In this document: in pieces, positions 12,063-24,912 of the stretch
Layout: each line of letters opens with the position of its first letter
Position numbering within the stretch: the stretch's first letter is position 1
Source of the DNA: Squalus acanthias
Lineage: Eukaryota
Assembly (NCBI GenBank): GCA_030390025.1
Contig: CM059452.1
Location: 9,114,001 to 9,178,000, forward strand
Length of the DNA stretch: 64,000 nucleotides
Direction of reading: 5' to 3'
Made by a program: the position numbers and the translations under genes
Notes under the pieces: generated by a model
What the model was told of the DNA's origin: nothing
What the model saw: only the letters and a program-made list of their open reading frames with translations
Databases searched by the model: none

Positions 12063-12101
12063 GGTTTCTGTACGAGCCCTGGACTTGTTCGGGTCGCTGT
12101 G
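12063..12101 (-). other. VH recombination signal sequence, 23-bp spacer
   Basis: Minus strand CACAGCG, 23 nt, ACAGAAACC directly after the YYCARD codons. Confidence 0.92.
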
Positions 12102-12404
12102 GGTCTCTTGCACAGTAATACATGGCGGTGTCTTCGGTTCTCAGATTATTGATCTCGATATAGGTTGTGGAAGATGTTTTTGAAGGGACGATCCGACCTT
12201 CGACTCCAGGCGCGTAATAATTGGTATCCGACGGACTTCTGTAAGCAAGCAGCCACTCCAGCCCCTTCCCGGGAACTTGTTTCACCCAGCTCATATAGTA
12301 GCTGCCCAGAGTGAACCCGCTCACTGAACAGGACAGTTTGTGAGATTCTCCGGGCTTCTTCGACACAGAAGCCGACTGGGTCAGCACGATATCGGACCGG
12401 ACAT
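12102..12404 (-). CDS. IGHV: IgH variable exon (open, IgW-like framework)
   Basis: (Y)VRS DIVLTQSASVSKKPGESHKLSCSVSGFTLGSYYMSWVKQVPGKGLEWLLAYRSPSDTNYYAPGVEGRIVPSKTSSTTYIEINNLRTEDTAMYYCARD. Acceptor TGACAG ends at 12405; no stop codons. Confidence 0.95.
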
Positions 12405-12525
12405 CTGTCAGTGAATGAAAAAAATGCAATTACATTGGAGAACATTCACATCAATGAATAGAAATTAAAACACAATATCTGAAGCTGTCTTCTATTGTGT
12501 CACTAAAGCAGTGAGGAATACTCAC

Positions 12526-12571
12526 AGGCGAAGCAAGCCAGTAACAAACAGAGGCACGGGGCAAGTCCCAT
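12526..12571 (-). CDS. IGHV: IgH V leader exon MGLAPCLCLLLACFA
   Basis: ATG at 12571, hydrophobic signal peptide, phase-1 donor T|GTGAGT at 12526/12525; a 121-bp intron joins it in frame to the V exon. Confidence 0.92.
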
Positions 12572-12660
12572 CGTTCGGTCTCTCGGTGTAACTGACTCGG
12601 GAACGTGTCTCGGCGCCGCAACAACGCCTCCTGATTGTGAACTTGGAGCTGAACCGTCCC

Positions 12661-12670
12661 GCTATTTAAA
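12661..12670 (-). promoter_or_regulatory. TATA-like box of the VH promoter
   Basis: TTTAAATAGC about 90 nt upstream of the leader ATG. No ATGCAAAT octamer was seen in the proximal promoter. Confidence 0.55.
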
Positions 12671-12973
12671 CTGGCTGGAGCCCTGTGTGTGTGTGTGAGA
12701 GAGAGGGGGAGCTGGGGACTGGGAGTTACACGCCTCCCCCAGCAGCAGCCTGACTCCTCCTCTGTTTCCTGTCTGAGTCCAGCTGTGTAAAATATAATTA
12801 ACCATTAATAATCCGTGTTCTGTGTCCATTCCCCAAAATTACCTTGACTTTGATTGCCGATTTACTGTTGGGGATTATATACGGTCGAACCAAAACATAT
12901 TTAGTATAAAATTGAATCAGTGTGAGGATTTACATTCCCCACAAACAGCCCACATTTACCCAGGGTCCAATTC

Positions 12974-13258
12974 CTCTCAGGTGGACGTAAAAGATCCCAT
13001 GGCATTATTTCGAAGAAGAGCGGGGGAATTCTCCCCGGTGTTTGGCCAATGTTTATCCCTCAACCAACATGACTAAAACAGATTATTTGGTCATTTATCA
13101 CATTGCTGTCAGTTGGATCTTGCTGTGCTCAAATTGGCTGCCGCGTTTCCCGAGGTTATAACAGTGATTACATTTCAAAAAGTACATCATTGGTTGTGAA
13201 GCGCTTTGGGACATCCTGATGTCGAGACAGGCGCTGCATAAATGCAAGTTTTTCTTTT
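12974..13258 (+). mobile_element. Deu-domain SINE fragment (SacSINE1/AmnSINE-like)
   Basis: CTCTCAGGTGGACGTAAAAGATCCCATGGCA...CAAATTGGCTGCCGCGTTTCC...AAGCGCTTTGGGAC...ATAAATGCAAG matches the Deu core and tail as recalled. Confidence 0.7.
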
Positions 13259-14619
13259 TCCGATCGGCAACTGCTTGTGGGATGGAAGGGAAAAGGACAC
13301 AAGAGTTGATATTTGTCCCGGTTTTACAGGAGGGAAAGCGAAGTTTGGGAATAACGTCACATATTGTCAGATCGCATCCATCGCGCCTGCGCAGCTCCGC
13401 ACCTAATACAATCATCCCTGCCTCAATCGGGCACTGGATCTCAGTTCACCTGTGTGAAGACCGTCACTTTATTTCACTCTGAACAATTCTAAGTTGTAAA
13501 AGTTAAGATCTACACCGATCTGTGTGGGTGTGAGGAGACCGCACGGTCCGCCCCAAGCTGTCTGGGTGAGAATTCAATCACGCTGCCTGCCTTTCTAATC
13601 GCAGTTACATTACTGTCCCGCCGACCATGGAAATGTCCTCAACACTGCAGATTAAACAGTATCGATCAAAGTGAACCGATTAAAGGAGCAATTACAGTCG
13701 TAGATTTGGGATATTACTAGTTTTAGGTAACATTTTTAATTTGCACCAGCAAAGGGAACTCATTAAATTAAATGCTTTAATTGAGTGTCACCATCGTGCG
13801 GTTTGATTCAGTGCTGACCTTAACCCAGCTGTGGCCAGCTGCTCTGATGCCAAGTGCACGTCTCTCACAGCTGGACCGGAGCGTGTTTCATTTTAAAATA
13901 TAAAGGCTGTCAATGACAATTAGACCAAAACCTCAGTGAGTAACTAGAATTCCCGGTCAGAGGCTCCATCACTGGGACAGTAACTCGGCAGACTGCAGGT
14001 CATGGGGTCAAGGACAAAATTACCAATGGAACCAAGAACTGTTATATCGGTTCTTTATATCTGTGCCTGTCTCTGTTTATGTGATTCCAGCACAGCTTCC
14101 ATTGCTTTCTGCAGGATTGTAATAGAACATCGCCTTCAATCAGAGGAGAATTGTCTTTTAATGATGAATGTCTTAAACGCTTTCATTGCTCTAATCGTAT
14201 TTTATTCAGTTCTGCACATGTCATACACGAAACATCATATTTTTTAAGGTCATGCCATAAGAAATATATTTTCGATGGACGTTGTCTAATCATTCAGTAG
14301 TTGAAGAGTTAAATTCCACTTCGCTCCCACCCATACTCAGTCCATATCTCTCCCACACAGTTTGTGAGAGAAATCAATCATTTCCCCCTCAGGGAGGGGC
14401 GAGAACTCACAATGTAACTTACAGGAAACATCTGTTGGTTCTGTGCAGAAAAATCAACGCGCTGTTTCCAGCCCGCTGATCAGAGATAGAAAGCCAACTA
14501 CAACCCACCTATCATGAGTGGAACCTCTTTGGACACACACCTGCCCAACAATAATATACCCATACAGGTAAAACACAACCCCATTGGTTATATGGAGTTT
14601 CATTTCAAATCACTTGATA

Positions 14620-15140
14620 ACCCTGGGAATGATTCTGAGAGCCTGGGACCTATCTGTCACACCAGTGTGTACAAACCCTGGGAATGATGCCCAGAGTCTG
14701 GGACCTATCTGTCACACCAGAATGCACAAACCGTGGGAATGATTCCCAGAGCCTGGGACCTATCCGACACACCAGAGAGCACAAACCCTGGGAATGATTC
14801 TCAGAGCCTGGGGCCTACCTGACACACCAGAGAGCACAAACCCAGGAGAATGATTCCCAGAGTCTGGAATCTATATGACACACCAGAGAGCACAAACCCT
14901 GGGAATGATTCCCAGAGTCTGGAATCTATATGACACACCAGAGAGCACAAACCCTGGGAATGATTCCCAGAGTCTGGAATCTATATGACACACCAGAGAG
15001 CACAAACCCTGGGAATGATTCCCAGAGTCTGGAATCTATATGACACACCAGAGAGCACAAACCCTTATGGGACCTATCTGACACACCACAATGCACAGAC
15101 ACTGGAAAATATTCTGAGAGTTAGGGACCTATCTGACACA
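14620..15140. repeat. 55-bp tandem repeat, about 9-10 copies, with internal palindrome CTGGGAA-TGA-TTCCCAG
   Basis: Period 55 (14934 to 14989). Confidence 0.9.
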
Positions 15141-15219
15141 CAGACTTTTCATCTGTTCTGTTCGAATACACGCGGTCCTTTCTCAGTTATCACTGCACTA
15201 GACCATGTCTAGTTCATTT

Positions 15220-18200
15220 TCAGTTCATGGGGCACTATCCCCACTACTGGGGAAAGAGGGAGCTGTTCCATTGGGACGTGCTCCACTTAAACTGGGCTGG
15301 GACCAGTGTCCTGGCGAACTGAATAACTGGGGCAGTAGACAGGGTTTTAAACTAATGAAAGGTGGGGGGGGGGGGGGGTGCGGTGCGGGATGATTCAGGA
15401 AAGAGTAAATTTAAAAGCAGCGACATAAATGTCAGTGACTAAGGTGACATCAGGGAAAAATAGAAAAAAATCAAAGCTAAAGGCACTATATCTGAATGCG
15501 CAAAGCATTCACAACAAAATAGATAATTAATAGCACAGATAGAAATTAACAGGTTTGATCTAATAGCCATAACGGAGACGTGGTTGTACAGTGACCAAGT
15601 TTGGGAATGGAATATTCCAGGATACTTAAATTTTAAAAGAGATGGAAAAGGAGGAGGAGTTAGCCCTGATAATAAAGGAAGGGTTAAAGACAGAAGAGAG
15701 AAAGGATCTTAGCTCCGAAAATAAAAAAGTAGAATCAGTTTGGGTGGAGGTAAGAAACAGCAAGGGGCAGCAAACATTGGTGGGAGTTGTTTATAGGCCC
15801 CCAAACAGTAGTTGTAATGTAGGGCAGAGTATAAATCAGGAAATTAGAGGCGCATGTAACAAGGGTAATACAGTAATCATTGGGGACTTTAATCTACATA
15901 TAGACTGGCCAAACCAAATTTGCAGCAATAGTGTGAGGACGAATTCATGGAATGTATGCAAGATAGGTTTCTAGATCAGTATGTTGAGGAACCAACTAGG
16001 GAACAGGCGATTTTAGATCTAGCATTGTGCAATGAGAAAGAGTTAATTAATAACCTTGTAGTGAAGGGACCTTTAGGGAAGAGTGACCATAATATGATAG
16101 AATTTTATATTGAGTTTGTAAGTTAAATCCGAAACTAGGGTCTTAAATCTAAACAAAGCAAACTACGTAGGTATGAGGGGCGAGATGACTAAGATAGATT
16201 GGGAAAATATATTAAAAAGTATGACGGTTGACAAGCAATTGCTAGCATTTAAAGAATTAATACATAATTTACAACAAATATACATTCCTTAAGGCACAAA
16301 AATCCCACAGGAAAAGTGGTCCACCCGTGGCTAACAAGAGAAGTTAAAGATAGTATTAGATCAAAGGAAGAAGCTTATAATGTTGCCAAACAGAGTAGTA
16401 AGCCTGAGGATTGGGAGGATTTTAGAATTCAACAAAGGAGGACCAAGAAATTGATACAGACAGGGAAAATAGAATATTAGAGTAAACTAGCGAGAGACAT
16501 AAAAACAGACTGTAAAAGCTTCTATAGGTATGTAAAAAGGAAAAGATTAGCAAAAGTAAATGTGGGTCCCTTACAGGCTGAGCAGAAGAAATTAAAATGG
16601 GGAATAAGGAAATGGCAGAGAAATTAAACAAATACTTTGTGTCTGTCTTCATGGAAGAAGACGCAAAAATCTTCCTGGAAACAGTGGTTAACTAAGGGTC
16701 TAGCGAGAATGAGGAACAGAAAGAAATTAGTATTACTAAAAAAATAGTACTGTAGAAATTAATGGGACTGAAAGCCGATAAATCCCCTGGAACTGATGGC
16801 CTACACCCGAAGGTTTTGAATGAGGTGGCTGTAGAGATAGTGGATGCATTGGTTGTCATTTTCCAAAATTGCATAGATTCTAGAATGGTGCCCGCGGATT
16901 GCAAGGTAGCAAATGTAACCCCACTATTTAAGAAAGGAGGGAGAGAGAAAACGGGGAACTACAGACCAGTTAGCCTGACATCAGTAGTAGGGAAAATGCT
17001 AGAATGTATTATTAAGGACGTGGTAACAGGGCACTTAGAAAATAATAATAGGATTGGGCAGAGCCAACACGGATTTATGAAAGGCAAAACATGTTTGACA
17101 AATCTGTTAGAGTTTTTTGAGGTTGTAACTGGCAGAATAGATAAAGGGGAACCAGTGGATGTGGTGTATTTGGATTTTCAGAAGGTATTCGATAAGATGC
17201 CACACAAGAGGTTATTAAACAAAATTAGGGCTCATGGGATTGGGGGTAATATACTAGCATGGATTGAGGATTGGTTAACGGCAGGAAACAGAGAGTAGGA
17301 ATCAACGGGTCATTTTCGGGTTGGCAGGCTGTAACTAGTGGGGTACCGCAAGGATCAGTGCTTGGGCCTCAGCTATACACAATCTACATCAATGATTTGG
17401 ATGAGGGGACCAAATGTAATATATCCAAGTTTGCTGATGATACAAAGCTAGGTGGGAATGTAAGTTGTGATAAGGATGCAAGGAGGCTTCAAGGAGATAT
17501 AGACAGGCGAAGTGAGTGGGCAAGAACATGGCAAATGGAATATAATGTGGAGAAATGTGAAGTTATCCACTTTGGTAGGAAAAATAGCAAAGCGGAGTAT
17601 TTTTTAAATGGTGAGAGATTGGGAAATGTTGGTGTTCAGAGGGACCTGGGTGTCCTTGTACACGGATCACTGAAAGTTAACATGCATGTACAGCAAGCAA
17701 TTAGGAAAGTAAAAGGTATGTTGGCCTTTATTACAAGAGGATTTGAGTATAAGTGTAAAGACGTCTTACTGCAATTATATAGGGCCCTGGTGAGACCACA
17801 CCTGGAGTGTTGTGTACAGTTTTGGTCTCCTTACCTAAGGAAGGATATACTTGCCATAGAGGGAGTGCAACGAAGGTTCACCAGACTGGTTCCTGCGATG
17901 GGGGACAAGATTGAGGACATATTGAGTAGACTAGGCCTATATTCTCGAGAGATTAGAAGAATGAGAAATGATCTTATTGAAACATACAAAATTCCTACAG
18001 GGCTTGACAGGGAAGATGCAGGGAGGATGATTCCCCTGGCTCGGGTGTCTTGAACCAGGGGTCACAGCCTCAGAATAAGGGGTCAACCATTTAGGAGTGA
18101 GATGAGGAGAAATTACTTCACTCAGAGGGTGGTGAATCTTTGGAATTCTCCACCCCAGAGGGCCGTGGAGGCTCAGTCATTGAGTATATTCAAGACAGAG

Positions 18201-18365
18201 ATCGATAGATTTTTGAATATTAAGGGTATCAAGGGATATGGGGATAGTGCAGGAAAGTGGAGATGAGGTAGAAGATCAGCCATGATCTTATTGAATGGCG
18301 GAGCACGCTCGAAGTGCCAAATGGCCTACACCTACTCCTATTTCTTATGTTCTTATGTTCTTATT
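15220..18365 (+). mobile_element. Near full-length degenerate CR1 LINE (APE endonuclease and RT) with (TTCTTATG)n tail
   Basis: Motifs VVYRPP, GDFN, KSPGTDG, NYRPVSLTS, QHGF, YLDF, GVPQGSVLGP, FADDTK; several stops and frameshifts. Confidence 0.92.
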
Positions 18366-18704
18366 TCTCTGTTCCTGTTATATTAGACAGCGTATCAGCT
18401 TATTACATGAGGGCCTGTCTCAGATACTCCCGCAAAAGGCAATGTCGCTCTTTACATTACACTACACCATCTGTTTTGATACTATTACACTAGGCCCTGT
18501 CGCAGTTATACTGCAGTAGACCACGTCACTGTTTGTATTTCACTAGACCCTGCCTCTGTTAATATTACACTAAACCCTGTCTCATTTATTACTGCACTAG
18601 GCCACGTAGCTATTTATACTACACATGGCTTTATCTTACTTATTACTACAACAGACCATGCCTCTATTTCTATTACACTCGGCCCTGTCTCACATATACT
18701 TCTA

Positions 18705-19515
18705 CGTCAGGATGGTGTGTGACCTGGAGGGGAACTTGGAGGTGGTGGTGTTTCCATGCGCCTGCTGCCCTTGTCCTTCTAGGTGGAAGAGTTCGCGAGT
18801 TTGGGTGGTGCTGCCGAAGGAGCCTTGGCGAGTTGCTGCGGTGCATCTTGTAGAGGGTACACACTGCAGCTACGGTACGCCGGTGGTGGAAGGAGTGAAT
18901 GTTTAACGTGGTGGAAGGGGTGTCAATCAAGCGAGTTGCTTTATCCTGGATGGTGTCGAGCTTCTTGAGTGTTGTTGGAGCTGCACTCATCCAGGCAAGT
19001 GGAGAGTATTCCATCACACTCCTTACTTGTGCCTTGTAGATAGTGGAAATGATTTGAGGAGTCAGGAGGTGAGACACTCGCCGCAGAATACCTAGCTTCT
19101 GACCTGCTCTTGTTGCCACAGTATTTATGTGGCTGGTCCAGTTAAGTTTCTAGTCAATGGTGACCCCTGGATGTTGATGGTGGGGGATTCGGCGATGGAA
19201 ATGCCGTTGAACATCAATGGGCAGTGGTTAGATTCTCGCTTGTTGGAGATAGTCATTGCCTGGCACTTGTGTGGCGCAAATGTTACCTGCCACTTAGCAG
19301 CCCAAGCCTAAACGTCTTCCAGCTCTTGTTGCATGCGGGCATGGACTGCTACATTATCTGAGGAGTTCTGAATGGCACTGAACAATGTGCAGTCATAAGC
19401 GAATATCCCCATTTCTGACCTTATGTTGGAGGGAAGGTCATTGATGAAGCAGCTGAAGATGGTTGGGCCTAGGGCACTGCCCTGAGGAACTCCTGCAGCG
19501 ATGTCTTGGGGTTCT
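18705..19515 (-). mobile_element. Non-LTR retrotransposon 3' fragment, second CR1-clade family
   Basis: RAGQKLGILRRVSHLLTPQ...IYKAQVRSVMEYSPLAW; homologous to 24400-24912. Confidence 0.8.
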
Positions 19516-21109
19516 GATAACTGCCGAGACCCGTCTCTCTTTATATTACACTAGACCCTGTCTCTGTTTATATTACACTAGATCCTGTCTCTGTTTATAT
19601 TACACTAGACCCTGTCTCTGTTTATATTACACTAGACCCTGTCTCTGTTTATATTACACTAGACCCTGTCTCTGTTTATATTACACTAGACCCTGTCTCT
19701 GTTTATATTACACTAGACCCTGTCTCTGTTTATATTACACTAGACCCTGTCTCTGTTTATATTACACTAGACCCTGTCTCTGTTTATATTACACTAGACC
19801 CTGTCTCTGTTTATATTACACTAGACCCTGTCTCTGTTTATATTACACTAGACCCTGTCTCTGTTTATATTACACTAGACCCTGTCTCTGTTTATATTAC
19901 ACTAGGCCCTGTCTCATTTATTACTGCACTAGACCCTGTCTCTGTTTATAATACAATTCGACCCTCATTCAGCTATCACTGTACAGAGCATGCCTGTTTA
20001 TATTATACTAGACTCTACCGCTGTTATTACTGCACCAGTACCTGTTCCTGTTTATATCACACTAGTTCCCGTATATTTTATTGATGCACTACACAATGTC
20101 TCTGTTTATATTATACTACAGCCTGTCTCTGTTTATATTACACTACACCATGTCTCTGTTTATATTACACTAGACCCTGTCTCTGTTTATATTACACACC
20201 GCCCTGTCTCAATTATTACTGCACTAGACCCTGTCTCTGTTTATATTACACTAGACCCTGTGTCTGTTTATATTGCACTAGACCCTGTCTCTGTTTATAT
20301 TACACTCGGCCCTGTCTCTGTTTATATTACACTAGACCCTGTCTCTGTTTATATTACACTAGACCCTGTCTCTGTTTATATTACACTGGACCCTGTCTCT
20401 GTTCATATTGCCTTAGACCATTGGTCTATTTATATTACACTAAATCATGTCTCATGTATTACTGCACTAAGTCATGTATCTCTTCATTTATTACTGCAAG
20501 GGTCCCTGTCTCTGTTTATATTGCATTAGACCATGTATCTGTTTATATTATACTAGGCCCAGTCTCAGTTGTTACTGTACTAGACCCTGTTTCTACTTAT
20601 ATGACACAAAAGGCATCAAGGGGCGTGCGGAAAGAGCGGGAATATGGTATTGAGATAAAGGATCAGCCATGATCATATTGAATGGTGGAGCAGGCTCGAA
20701 GGGCCAGATGGTCTACTCCTGCTCCTATTTTTCTATGTTTCTATGAAACCTTGTCTCAGTTATAACTGCACTAGACGCTGTCTATGTTTATAATACACTG
20801 AACGCCCTCAGTAATTACAATCTACACCATGTCTCCATTAATTGTCTTAGTGCAGTAATAAGTGAGACAAGGTCCAGTCTCACGTATTACTGCACTAGGC
20901 AACGTCTCCTTTAATATTACGCTTGACTCTGTCTCTGTTTATATTTCACAAGGCCCAGTCTCACGTATTACTGCACTAGACCCTGTCTCTGTTCTATTAG
21001 ATCATGGACCAGCCTTGGTTCCGTCACCCTTAGTACCCTTTCCTCACCCAAATCTCCCAATCTATCTCTGGTAGCAATCAGAAATTAACGCCGCTGCCTG
21101 TTAAAGCTG

Positions 21110-21930
21110 TCCCTTTATGAAGGGATTTGATAGAGATGAAAGTGAGGCATTGTTTCCACTGACAGGAGTGTCAGTAACCAGTGGACACAGATTTAAGATC
21201 ATTTGCACAAAAAAACAGAGGGAAGATGAGGAGTTTATTTAATACAGCCAGTTGTTATGATCTGGAATGCAGAAGGTATACACGATATTTGGTTTTTATA
21301 AATAGAGTACAAATAGAGTACAAATGTAAGGAAGTTATGCTAAACATTTGTAAAACACTGATTATGCCCCAGCTGGAGTATTGTGTTTAATTCTGGGCAC
21401 CACATTTTAGGAAGGATGTCAAGGCCTTGGCGAGAGGCTGCAGAGGGGATTTACTGGAATGGTGCCAGGGATGAAAGACTCAGTTACATGAAGATACGAG
21501 GGAAACTGGGGTTGTTGACTTTCGAGCTTGCAATGTTAAAAGGAAATTTCATAGACATGTTCAAGATCATGAAGGGTTCTGACAGAGTAAATAAGAAGAA
21601 TTTTTTTCGCAGTGGCTGAAGGGTCTGTAACCAGAGGACACAGATTTAAGGTCATTGGCAAAAGAGCCGGAGGCGACATGAGGCAAAAGAAATACACAAC
21701 GAGCTGTTATGATCTGGAAAGCACTGCCTGAAAGAGTGCTGGAAGCAGATTCAATAATCACTTTCAAAAGGGAATTGGATAAATACTTGAACTGGAAAAA
21801 AATGCAGGGCTATTGGGAAAGAGCAGGGGGAGTGGGACTAATTGGATAGTTCTTACAAATTAGTGTTGGCACAGGCACCAGTGGCTGAATGTACACGTTC
21901 TGTGCAGTATCATTCTTTGATTCTGTGATT
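21110..21930 (+). mobile_element. Old CR1 3' fragments
   Basis: EYKCKEVML...PQLEYCV, TRGHRFK-like segment and a CR1 3' tail. Confidence 0.7.
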
Positions 21931-23581
21931 CGATAAATACACCATGTCTCTGTTTATATTACACTAGGCCCTGTCTCTGTTTATATTACACTAGACCCTG
22001 TCACTGTTTATATTACACTAGGGCCTGTCTTAGTTATTATTGCACTTGACCCTGTCTCTGTTTATATTACACTAGACCCTGTCTCTGTTTATATTACACT
22101 AGGGCCTGTCTCTGATTATATTACACTAGGCCCTGTCTTAGTTATTATTGCACTAGACCCTGTCTCTGTTTATATTACACTAGACCCTGTCTCTGTTTAT
22201 ATTACACTAGACCCTGTCTCTGTTAATGTTACACTAGACCCTGTCTCTGTTTATATTACACTAGACCCTGTCTCTGTTTATATTACACTAGACCCTGTCT
22301 CTGTTTATATTACACTAGACCCTGTCTCTGTTTATATTACACTAGACCCTGTCTCTGTTTATATTACACTGGACCCTGTCTCTGTTTTTATTACACTAGA
22401 CCCTGTCTCTGTTTATATTACACTAGGGCCTGTCTCTGTTTATATTACACTCGGCCCTGTCTTAGTTATTATTGCACTAGACCCTGTCTCTGTTTATATT
22501 ACACTAGACCCTGTCTCTGTTTATATTACACTAGACCCTGTCTCTGTTTATATTACACTAGACCCTGTCTCTGTTTATATTACACTAGACTCTGTCTCAG
22601 TTATTACTGCTCTAGACCATGCGTCTATTAGAGAGACAGACAGATGATCGTTGGAGGGATAGATGGATATTGATGTAAGTAAAGATATATATTTGCGTGT
22701 GTGAGGATGCAATTATTTTTCTTACTTCGATGCACGTTTATTGTTGTTAATAGCTATCAGCAGCTGTGTGTAATTTCTAATTGATCTGGTATTTTGTCGA
22801 TAATATTTGTTTTGAAAGGATAGGATGAAACTTGGAACAAGCTTCCAGAGAAGAGATGGGATTGAGGGACAGGGCTAAAGATGAGCAATAGTGCACTGCA
22901 CTTTGATCTACTTAGTGGCAAGCGCTGTTGTGTTAAATATTACTTTATTTTTCCTGCAGTATTTTCTATTGATCTTTCGCGGGACCCACTGATTGTGTGA
23001 CAGAGCCTGGAACCGTGACCTCACAGCACCGGCGTATGGGCTGCCGCGGGGTCCTAATGTCCACCGATTTCATATCTCTCATCTGGTTAAGAGGAACAAC
23101 TGAATAGAGCGCACACAAGAAGTGTTTGCTGTATATATGTGTGATGTGTGTGTGTGAGTGTGTACAAAACACATTTTTGTCAATGTTTGCAAGTGCATTC
23201 CACAAAAAATGATTATGTTCACCAGTTATTTTTCACCATTTTATTTTATTTTATTCAAAATGTAATTTCTGATCGTTTAATTCCTTCAAATTTTATTGAT
23301 AACCCATTCTCTGAGTGCTCTTGTTTAGAAAGTGATGTCACACTGACCAGTCCGTTACCATGGTGAGCCTGTCTGTCCGCAGTATTCAGTTGGGAAGGGA
23401 ATGAAATCACACCGAGGATAATGAGCAGCTACCCACCAGTCTCTGTGGTTTATTGTCCAGTGATCACCTCAGCATCACACAGAATCTCCTGATATATTCC
23501 TCGAGTGTGTAATAACTTTGTGCAATTGATCGTCAAAATAAAAATGTACCGATCCCTGTTTCCCTCTACACTGTCCCATCA

Positions 23582-24912
23582 GATCAAAGCTCTGCAGTCC
23601 TGCCACATCCAGTCGTGAATGGTGGTGGACCATTAAACAACTAACAGGAGGAGGAGGCTCCATGAATATCTCCATCCTCAATGATGGTGGAGCCCAGCAC
23701 TTGAGTGCAAAAGTGTTTGCAGCCATCTTCAGCCAGAAATGCCGAGTGGATGATCCATATCGGCCGACTCCTGAGGTCCCCACCATCACAGAAGCCGGTC
23801 TTCAGCCAATTCGATTCACTACATGCGACATCAAGAAACGGCTGAGCGTATTGGATACAGCAAAGGCTATGGGCCCCAACAACATCCCGGCTATCGTGCT
23901 GAAAACTCGTGCTCCAGAACGAGCCGCGCCTCGAGCCAAGCTGTTCCAGTACAGCTACAACAATGGAATCTATCCGACAATGTGGAAAACTGCCCAGCTA
24001 TGTCCTGTCCACAACAAGCAGGACAAATCCAATCTGGCCAATTACCGCCCGATCAGTCTACTCTCAATCATCATCAAAGTGATGGAAGGTGTCAACGACT
24101 GTGTTATCAAGCGGCACTTATTCACCAATAACCTGCTCACTGATGCCCAGTTTGGGTTCGGCCAAGACCACTCGGCTCCCGACCTCATTACAGCCTTGGT
24201 CCAAACATGGACAAAGGAGCTGAATTCCAGAGGTGAGGTGAGAGTGACTGCCCTTGACATCAAGGCAGCATTTGACCGAGTGTGGCATCAAGGAGCCCGA
24301 GTAAAACTGAAGTCAATGGGAATCCGGGGGAAAACGCTCCAGTGGCTGGAGTCATACCTAGCACAAAGGAAGATGGTTGTGGTGATTGAAGGTCAAGCAT
24401 CACAGCCCCAGGACATCGCTGCAGGAGTTCCTCAGGGCAGTGTCCTAGGCCCAACCATCTTCAGCTGCTTCATCAATGAACTTTCCTCCAACATAAGGTC
24501 AGAAATGGGGATGTTCGCTGATGACTGCACAATGTTCAGCGCCATTCACAACTCCTCACATAATGAAACAGTCCATGCCCGCATGCAACAAGACCTGGAC
24601 GACGTTCAGGCTTGGGTTGATAAGTGGCAGGCAACATTCACGCCACAAAAGTGCCAGGTAATAACTATCTCCAACAAGCGAGAGTCTAACCACCGCATTT
24701 GTCATTCAATGGCATTACCATCACCGAATCCCCCACCATCAACATCCAGGGGGTCACCATTGACCAGAAACTTAACTGGACCAGCCACATAAATATTGTG
24801 GCTACAAGAGCAGGTCAGAGGCTAGTTATTCTGCGGCGACTGTCTCACCTCCTGACTCCCCAAAGCCTTTCTACCATCTACAAGGCACAAGTAAGGAGTG
24901 TGATGGAATACT
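23582..24912 (+). mobile_element. Non-LTR retrotransposon RT region (second CR1-clade family), truncated at both ends
   Basis: ORF 23662-24792 with KAMGP, NYRPISLLS, QFGF, LDIKAAFDRVWH, GVPQGSVLGP, FADD. Confidence 0.88.

Larger units (their letters stand above)
18370..22620. repeat. 27-bp minisatellite field (CTAGACCCTGTCTCTGTTTATATTACA), homogeneous at 19530-19950 and 21945-22620, interrupted by LINE fragments
   Basis: Direct periodicity; produces the spurious 9-aa repeat ORFs YYTRPCLCL and LDPVSVYIT. Confidence 0.92.

Noticed and set aside
19463-20529. Cys/Tyr-rich and LDPVSVYIT repeat ORFs
   Set aside because: Translations of a 27-bp minisatellite whose period is divisible by 3; no gene structure.
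23335-23366. DVTLTSP resembling an Ig V N-terminus
   Set aside because: A stop follows immediately and there is no downstream Cys, Trp, YYC or RSS.
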